Origin: a virus
Direction: 5' to 3' (one strand)
Length of the DNA: 39,033 nucleotides
Virus record (IMG/VR): IMGVR_UViG_3300005828_000015
Coordinates: 1 to 39,033 of that record
Shown: positions 34,262-39,033 of the stretch, one piece after another
Position numbering within the stretch: position 1 is the stretch's first letter
Layout: each line of letters begins with the position of its first letter
Position numbers and translations under genes: made by a program
The notes under the pieces: generated by a model
What the model saw: only the letters and a program-made list of their open reading frames with translations
Told to the model about the DNA's origin: nothing
The model's database searches: none

Positions 34262-34441
34262 ATGAAAGAAGTAAGTTATAGAATACAGCACGCAAAAGGA
34301 ACAAAGGGATACTACATAGACATTTATGTAGGCAAAAGACTTCACATAACAAAGGTTGCAACAGACACCGAATCAATGCTTGAGACTATCCGAAACCTCG
34401 AAGTGCAGTTCAGAATGATTGGACTAAAAGTTGTCGTATGA
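34262..34441 (+). CDS. Hypothetical protein (59 aa)
   Basis: The ATG at 34262 lies 5 nt after GGAGG. Confidence 0.45.
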   Translation: MKEVSYRIQHAKGTKGYYIDIYVGKRLHITKVATDTESMLETIRNLEVQFRMIGLKVVV

Positions 34442-34827
34442 AAAGCCGATGGTTGATATTTCAATACATAACGGATCTTATTCATTCCACAAGAAGGTCA
34501 ACTGTCGGATGGACCTCGGAAGCAATAGCAACCGAGATTCTTTCTATCATAGAGAGGGAGCTTCCCATGGATGGATTGTGGGATAAAACAACACTTCCTG
34601 AACTGTCCAAGGATGGCGGGAAACGGAACATATGGAGCGGAAACTATGAGGAAGACAAAAGAGCATTTGATATTAGTTTCATTGAAAGGGCTTTACAACT
34701 CAATGGCGGAAACATCTCGAAGGCAATAAGAACTTCCGGGATAAACAAGTCCTCAATGCTTAGAAAGATAAAGAAATACAAAATTGACACAGAGAAATTT
34801 AAACGGGAGAGTGCAAAGTGGTTATAA
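34438..34827 (+). CDS. DNA-binding protein with a C-terminal Fis-type helix-turn-helix
   Basis: The segment ERALQLNGGNISKAIRTSGINKSSMLRKIKKYKI matches the Fis/NtrC-family HTH pattern. Confidence 0.6.
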   Translation: MKSRWLIFQYITDLIHSTRRSTVGWTSEAIATEILSIIERELPMDGLWDKTTLPELSKDGGKRNIWSGNYEEDKRAFDISFIERALQLNGGNISKAIRTSGINKSSMLRKIKKYKIDTEKFKRESAKWL

Positions 34828-35057
34828 CAATTATAGACAAATGGGGAAATCCAACAAGAGGCGTTGCTGCCGAAAAGAACCTTCTATTTGATCCAATCAA
34901 AGATATGCACCATGTTGAAGAGTTCGAGAACATGCTTGTTAAGCTTGGTATTTCTCACTTCGTTGTGGAGTGTCGAAAAATAACAAGGCGTGGAGATGTG
35001 TTCTTGGGCTGGTCGATATGCACAGCGGAAAAGATTTACTCGGAGGCAAAACAATGA
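34818..35057 (+). CDS. Hypothetical protein (79 aa)
   Basis: The GTG start lies 6 nt after GGGAGAG. Confidence 0.45.
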   Translation: MVITIIDKWGNPTRGVAAEKNLLFDPIKDMHHVEEFENMLVKLGISHFVVECRKITRRGDVFLGWSICTAEKIYSEAKQ

Positions 35058-35299
35058 CCAAACGATTTAAGCTCATCACAGAAGTAGTAACTCTGCACCT
35101 ATACTATGAGAACAATTGCAGATTACCGCGGGAGGAGTACGTGAGGGACGCGATTGACTTATTTTATTTCGACCCATACAAATACATGGCAATAGAGCGT
35201 ACATACTCCGATTGTATTAAGCTGTGTGAGATAACCGGAGAGCGCCCAGAAACAGTCCTTGTTTATCGACCATATCTATCATGGGAAAGTGAGGTATAA
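35054..35299 (+). CDS. Hypothetical protein (81 aa)
   Basis: The ATG at 35054 follows a GGAGG SD and overlaps the upstream stop (ATGA). Confidence 0.45.
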   Translation: MTKRFKLITEVVTLHLYYENNCRLPREEYVRDAIDLFYFDPYKYMAIERTYSDCIKLCEITGERPETVLVYRPYLSWESEV

Positions 35300-35300
35300 A

Positions 35301-35483
35301 ATGAACCTGGAAGCAACCCTTCTGTATTATTTACTAAGCAGTGCATTTGTTGTTGTGTCTTTATTCTCGGTCCATCTGGTCGAACCGGAACCCCTTAAGG
35401 TTGTCGTGGCGGTGGCTGCTGCACTGTGCATGCTAATGAACATGGCGCTCATATTGATAGACATAAGGCTGTTGTTCATGTAG
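35301..35483 (+). CDS. Small two-helix membrane protein (60 aa)
   Basis: The ATG lies 6 nt after GAGG. The two hydrophobic segments are LLYYLLSSAFVVVSLFSV and VVVAVAAALCMLMNMALILI. Confidence 0.45.
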   Translation: MNLEATLLYYLLSSAFVVVSLFSVHLVEPEPLKVVVAVAAALCMLMNMALILIDIRLLFM

Positions 35484-35998
35484 TACCAAATTGAGACCCG
35501 GGATCCCCGCATCAGTGGACATTTTGTTATTAGTATGGTATGCTCAATGCATACTTTAAAGCCTTGATCATGATTGCTTAATGCTTGCACAGCCATAGAG
35601 CTGTGCGTTTGAATGCCCATAGGTGACCTTTATAAACCCTTTAAATTTGAATAAAGACCTTTGTTTGTAATGAGCATTGCTGACTGTTAGCTCACGCGAT
35701 AAGGCATTTTGTGTTGCTGTTGTGCGCACAGTATCTGTAAGTCTGCGTAAAGACTTGGCTTGGATTGGTTTTGTATAATCATAATACTCTCTCTCCCTAT
35801 GTATAACCTTTAGACAGTGACCGTGTTTGATCAGTGTCTTATTGAGGGACGTCGGCTCTACAATTTTCCCAAAGTGGAAAAATATGTTTGAACTTACCCG
35901 TGGATCCGGTGGAGTTTGTATAAAGGTGTCATTTTGGCACCATGGTAAGCAAAAAGGAATATTCCGTATTCCAATACTGAATTTTTTGCTTAAAGGAC

Positions 35999-36027
35999 TT
36001 GACAAGATTTTTTATGGTCAGTATAAT
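35999..36027 (+). promoter_or_regulatory. Perfect consensus sigma70-type promoter
   Basis: TTGACA lies at 35999..36004 and TATAAT at 36022..36027, separated by a 17-nt spacer. An A/T-rich upstream stretch precedes them, along with the 10-bp palindrome GGAATATTCC at 35956..35965. Confidence 0.7.
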
Positions 36028-36033
36028 AGTATT

Positions 36034-36383
36034 TTAAGACCTTTACAACGGAGTGAGCTTTTCTTCGAAAGCTCAACACATCCGTTATGGATTGCCGGCT
36101 ATTATATAAGGATACCTTTATTTTCCCTATACAGCCAACTGCCGGCAACAATTGATCCACTGACAGTCAACTGTACATACGCTGGACGCACAAACGCCCT
36201 CAGACGCACCACAAAGGCGTTTGGATTGGCCTTTTGCTTGCAGTTGCCATCATGTACGCCTTGTTGCTCTCTGCCCCCCTCTGATTGCTCAAGGCCGCAC
36301 TGATAGCCCGGTAGTGTACGTTGGCACTGTCTACCGGGCCGTCAGTCATCTTAATTCTAAACCAAGACCATAGCGAGGTTAGT
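36034..36383 (+). ncRNA. Predicted structured 5' leader or ncRNA of about 350 nt
   Basis: Four extended hairpins were read directly: 36047..36086, 36088..36159, 36191..36223 and 36299..36346. No credible ORF is present. Its class is unknown. Confidence 0.35.
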
Positions 36384-36998
36384 ATGAAATTCTTTATTGC
36401 GATGCTTATGATGTTTGTGACTCCAGGCCACGGGGCCGAGATACTGGACACAGACCTTTTTGTGTTCCGCAAACTGGTTGCTCCGAGAGCAAACAAAGTC
36501 CATGTAATAATAGCATACTCGACAGGAAACAAGAACTGGAGGAAGGAGCTGGCGGAGCTAAGGAAAAGGGTTTATTATATTCAATCAAGGTTAAAGAACA
36601 GAGACATAGAGTACCACCAAATTGACTTTATTGAATACACTCGTTACATGTCAGGACAAGGAAAGGTACTACCAATGGAGGCAAGGATAACATGTGGATT
36701 TGGCCAAACCGAGATCCTTTCATTTGGTCCTGATATTTCAAAGCGGCAGTTGAACCTTGTTGTTAGGATTCTTGATGCTGTTGAGCGTCGGGGGAAGCTC
36801 CGAGAAATTAACGACAAGTCTAAAAAGAAATACTCAGTGATGCACCTAGCTCCTTATCCGATCGAGCATAGATACCAACAGAGAACCCAAGGAATAAATC
36901 TCTTTGAACTTCAATTGTATAAATTGGAGTTGATGTATTTAGACTCGACTTCACGCTCAGAGTCCATCGCTTCTTATTTTGGTCGTATCGTTGCTTAG
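36384..36998 (+). CDS. Secreted protein of unknown function (moron-like cargo)
   Basis: The ATG lies 5 nt after GAGG. The N-terminus MKFFIAMLMMFVTPGHG/AEIL looks like a signal peptide. The 3' 179 nt overlap a convergent ORF. Confidence 0.5.
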   Translation: MKFFIAMLMMFVTPGHGAEILDTDLFVFRKLVAPRANKVHVIIAYSTGNKNWRKELAELRKRVYYIQSRLKNRDIEYHQIDFIEYTRYMSGQGKVLPMEARITCGFGQTEILSFGPDISKRQLNLVVRILDAVERRGKLREINDKSKKKYSVMHLAPYPIEHRYQQRTQGINLFELQLYKLELMYLDSTSRSESIASYFGRIVA

Positions 36999-37194
36999 TT
37001 GTGTTTTTTGAACTTGTTGTTATTTTTCTTTTTATGACTTCTCCGTTGGGCTTTGATATAACCTCTGTGGTTACTGTTGTTGAGTCCGTTTTGGATTCGC
37101 TAAAAGTTGGTTTACTTTTATTAAGGTTGTTGTAAATGCTTGTGGATAAAAAAATAACAAAAAAGAAAATAATATAATTAATCTTTCTTTTCAT
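36820..37194 (-). CDS. N-terminally anchored protein with an outer-membrane beta-signal-like C-terminus (spanin candidate)
   Basis: The N-terminus is MKRK followed by the hydrophobic INYIIFFFVIFLSTSIY. An S/T/K-rich linker follows. The C-terminal strands alternate in polarity and end in LGASLSISF. The protein has no Cys, so it is not a lipoprotein. Confidence 0.5.
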   Translation of the reverse strand: MKRKINYIIFFFVIFLSTSIYNNLNKSKPTFSESKTDSTTVTTEVISKPNGEVIKRKITTSSKNTTKQRYDQNKKRWTLSVKSSLNTSTPIYTIEVQRDLFLGFSVGIYARSDKELGASLSISF

Positions 37195-37522
37195 TTGTCA
37201 GCTCCAGGTAGTAGTCGAGCTCCATCGCGACCCATATCTTTTCCCTATTTTTTGTGAAAAATACAACAGGTCGAAATGATGCCGCATTATGTATTGCTTG
37301 TTTTATTGCTCCCCATATATTGAGCCTCTCGGTATTTTTGCACTCCGGGGAGATAGGGTATTTTTTTCGTGCAAGAGGGCTAAGTAATAGGTCTTCTCCG
37401 GAAGAACCCATTGGTGTTGATCTTATGTCGTCGGGTTCCAGGTCCGGAGCATTCTTTAGAAGGGAGTCACGGACGTTTTTTTGTAGTCGTCTCCCTTTGG
37501 CTTTCGCGCTTGATGTTTTCAT
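37178..37522 (-). CDS. PD-(D/E)XK nuclease, Hjc-like Holliday junction resolvase
   Basis: The pattern AKGRRLQKNV...GSSGEDLLL...ISPECKNTERLNIWGAIKQA...RPVVFF parallels the archaeal Hjc-type D...E-x-K core. Confidence 0.45.
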   Translation of the reverse strand: MKTSSAKAKGRRLQKNVRDSLLKNAPDLEPDDIRSTPMGSSGEDLLLSPLARKKYPISPECKNTERLNIWGAIKQAIHNAASFRPVVFFTKNREKIWVAMELDYYLELTNEKKD

Positions 37523-37680
37523 TTTTTTGCTCCATCAAACATATTTGCGCCAAAAAAGGCAGCAAGTATCGCTGTCGTGTATTTGAGCCAATCGGATCCC
37601 TCAACCAGGCCCATCTTGAGCGCGACCATAGACAAAATTAGATATAAAAAGCAGACCATTGTTTTTCTGAGTCCTATCAT
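37519..37680 (-). CDS. Unlisted holin-like protein (53 aa, two hydrophobic helices)
   Basis: I translated it as MIGLRKTMVCFLYLILSMVALKMGLVEGSDWLKYTTAILAAFFGANMFDGAKK. It has ATGA overlaps with both the amidase stop and the next gene's start. Confidence 0.55.
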   Translation of the reverse strand: MIGLRKTMVCFLYLILSMVALKMGLVEGSDWLKYTTAILAAFFGANMFDGAKK

Positions 37681-38081
37681 TTTTCTGATACCTCTCTTCT
37701 TAGTTTTTCCATATCAAGATTTGGACAAGTCTTTTTATTGTCATATTCGAAATGTCCCATTACTTTCGATTTGTCAAGAGAAAATTTCTCAAGCAAGCTT
37801 ACGATGAGACCAACAAGTGCCATATATTGCGCGTCCGTTGGCTTGTCTCTTCCAACCCAGCAAACACCAATAGAGTCCGCGTTTTGTCCGCGCGTATGCG
37901 CTCCGACAACGTCGACACTACGACCTATTTGTATTTGAGCCGACCTCGTTATGACAAAGTGGTATCCGATATCAGACCATCCATTGCCGTCGACATGCCA
38001 TCGACGAATTTCATCAACACCAATATCACGAAAATCCGGACTATCGGAGCAATGGACTATGATTTTATTGATTTTTCTCAT
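37677..38081 (-). CDS. N-acetylmuramoyl-L-alanine amidase (T7 lysozyme / PGRP type) endolysin
   Basis: Motifs are IIVHCSDS, GWSDIGYHFVI and GHFEYDNKKTCPN, which supply the Zn-ligand-type His/His/Cys. The ATG at 38081 follows AGAGG. Confidence 0.8.
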   Translation of the reverse strand: MRKINKIIVHCSDSPDFRDIGVDEIRRWHVDGNGWSDIGYHFVITRSAQIQIGRSVDVVGAHTRGQNADSIGVCWVGRDKPTDAQYMALVGLIVSLLEKFSLDKSKVMGHFEYDNKKTCPNLDMEKLRREVSEK

Positions 38082-38132
38082 AAATACCTCTATGGTGATT
38101 ATATACTGATTAACTTGTTTAGTCAATTTTTG

Positions 38133-38161
38133 TTGACTTTATTGACAATGTAGGTTAAAAT
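38133..38161 (+). promoter_or_regulatory. Sigma70-like promoter for the packaging and structural operon
   Basis: TTGACT lies at 38133..38138 and TAAAAT at 38156..38161, separated by a 17-nt spacer. It sits 20 nt upstream of the terS ATG, which has a GGGAGG SD. Confidence 0.55.
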
Positions 38162-38181
38162 GACAGGACCTGGGAGGTCTA

Positions 38182-38586
38182 ATGGCCAGAATAAGCAAGA
38201 GAGAGGAGCTTCTTCGTGAAACAAAGTGTCTTGAAAATATAGGAGAAGGACTTACTAAGGATCAAAACATAAATGACCTGACTAAGACTTTTGGTGTGAC
38301 TCACGACACGGCTGAACAGATTTATTTTCAGACAACAAGGAAGGTTGCTGGACTCCGAGAGGCAAGCCTAGAAGAACTAAAGGCCCAGGTTCTGTGCCAG
38401 ATGGATATTTTATACAAGAAGTCAGTTGCTCATAAATCATATAAAACTGCGCTGGACATTTTGATGTCGAAGGTTAAAGTTTCTGGTTTGGACGAAAAAG
38501 AAAAGAGTAATGCCGACAATAAAGGAAGGTCGGAACTACCAAAGATCATTGAAGTTCGGGAAAAAGACTTCACAAAAAAAGGATAA
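38182..38586 (+). CDS. terS: Terminase small subunit (positional call)
   Basis: This 134-aa ORF lies immediately upstream of terL. It has an HTH-like N-terminal half (INDLTKTFGVTHDTAEQIY). Confidence 0.55.
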   Translation: MARISKREELLRETKCLENIGEGLTKDQNINDLTKTFGVTHDTAEQIYFQTTRKVAGLREASLEELKAQVLCQMDILYKKSVAHKSYKTALDILMSKVKVSGLDEKEKSNADNKGRSELPKIIEVREKDFTKKG

Positions 38587-38590
38587 ATGC

Positions 38591-39033
38591 TTGGAGATAG
38601 GACTTCACAAAAATCAACTAACCTTTTATAAGTCAGATAGTCGTTACACTGTCTATTCCGGCGGGATCGGCTCCGGGAAGACATTTGTTGGGGCTTTCTG
38701 GGCCATTTCGATGATCTTGGCCTACCCCAAATCAAAGGGAGTTATTACTGCAAACACACATTCACAATTAAGGAAGTCAACACTTCCCCTGGTTTTTGAA
38801 ATCCTTGACAAGTTTGGAATAAAATACAGATATTTGGCAAATCAAGGACTACTGAAGGTTGGGAATGTTGATGTTTACTGCTCCTCAATGGAAAACTATG
38901 ACAATATCAGGGGAATAAACGCAGGATGGGCATGGTCGGACGAGTGTGCATTTTATGACGAGGCGGCATTCCTTGTCCTCATAGGACGAATAAGGGACAA
39001 GAAAGCGCCATGCCAATGGAAGGGAACAACAAC
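38591..39033 (+). CDS. terL: Terminase large subunit, N-terminal part (runs off the window end and continues at base 121 through the repeat)
   Basis: The Walker A motif is GGIGSGKT, and Walker B-like WAWSDE is also present. The TTG at 38591 lies 7 nt after AAGGA. An alternative in-frame ATG occurs at 38510. Confidence 0.8.
   Translation, partial: MEIGLHKNQLTFYKSDSRYTVYSGGIGSGKTFVGAFWAISMILAYPKSKGVITANTHSQLRKSTLPLVFEILDKFGIKYRYLANQGLLKVGNVDVYCSSMENYDNIRGINAGWAWSDECAFYDEAAFLVLIGRIRDKKAPCQWKGTT
38914..39033. repeat. Direct terminal repeat, copy 2 (identical to 1..120)
   Basis: It matches 1..120 base for base. Confidence 0.95.

Noticed and set aside
35568-36005. 145-aa - strand ORF in the ORF-poor region
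   Set aside because: It has a TTG start with no SD and no internal Met. Its start lies inside the -35 box of the consensus promoter. The composition is unlike the other proteins, and a faint integrase-C-terminus resemblance (YGHSNAQLY) is too weak to call a pseudogene.
35827-36303. 158-aa + strand ORF spanning the promoter and leader
   Set aside because: It is L/S/P/C-rich and reads straight through the TTGACA/TATAAT promoter and the hairpins. It has no SD, so I treat it as non-coding.
38510-38590. In-frame ATG at 38510 as the terL start
   Set aside because: It would overlap terS by 77 nt and add a basic low-complexity N-terminus. The TTG at 38591 has an AAGGA SD. I kept the ATG as an alternative, since it is not excluded.
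1-39033. tRNA genes, an integrase, a CI-like repressor, and a reverse transcriptase or DGR in the fibre genes
   Set aside because: I looked for T-loop-like GGTTCGAATCC motifs, tyrosine/serine recombinase motifs and YxDD reverse-transcriptase motifs in the translated ORFs and found none. This is absence by eye only. tRNAscan-SE and HMM searches would be needed to confirm it.

Overview
The window is a complete, densely packed (about 95% coding) genome of a tailed dsDNA phage. Bases 1..120 are identical to 38914..39033, so the unit length is 38,913 bp. That overlap splits the large terminase gene across the two window ends.

Layout:
- A + strand late block (38182 through the origin to 21767): terminase small and large subunits, portal, scaffold, major capsid, neck and tail genes, a chaperone pair with a canonical -1 frameshift site, tape measure, and distal tail and fibre genes.
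- A - strand block (34154 down to 21970): small early genes, DHH phosphoesterase, DnaQ-like exonuclease, Cas4-like nuclease plus ERF annealase, primase-helicase, family B DNA polymerase, then an accessory tail of GNAT, a composite methyltransferase, a small acidic protein, a 97-aa protein and a 33-unit hexapeptide-repeat protein.
- A short + strand early operon (34262..35483) that includes a Fis-type HTH protein.
- A - strand lysis block (38081 down to 36820).

No integrase, repressor, tRNA or CRISPR array was recognised. A Gram-negative host is inferred from an outer-membrane beta-signal-like C-terminus and a T7-lysozyme-type amidase.

Most unusual features:
1. The only long ORF-poor stretch (35484..36383). 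It holds a perfect consensus sigma70 promoter, a roughly 350-nt transcript with four long hairpins, and a cluster of ACCTTT motifs, all upstream of a secreted-protein gene.
2. The near-perfect 18-nt-periodic hexapeptide-repeat gene.
3. A methyltransferase carrying a GC-rich Ser/Ala tandem repeat and an unknown N-terminal domain, translationally coupled to a very acidic 66-aa protein.
4. A lysis cassette with a previously unlisted 53-aa holin-like ORF and an N-anchored protein ending in an outer-membrane beta-signal.

All family calls come from motifs read by eye. No database search was run.
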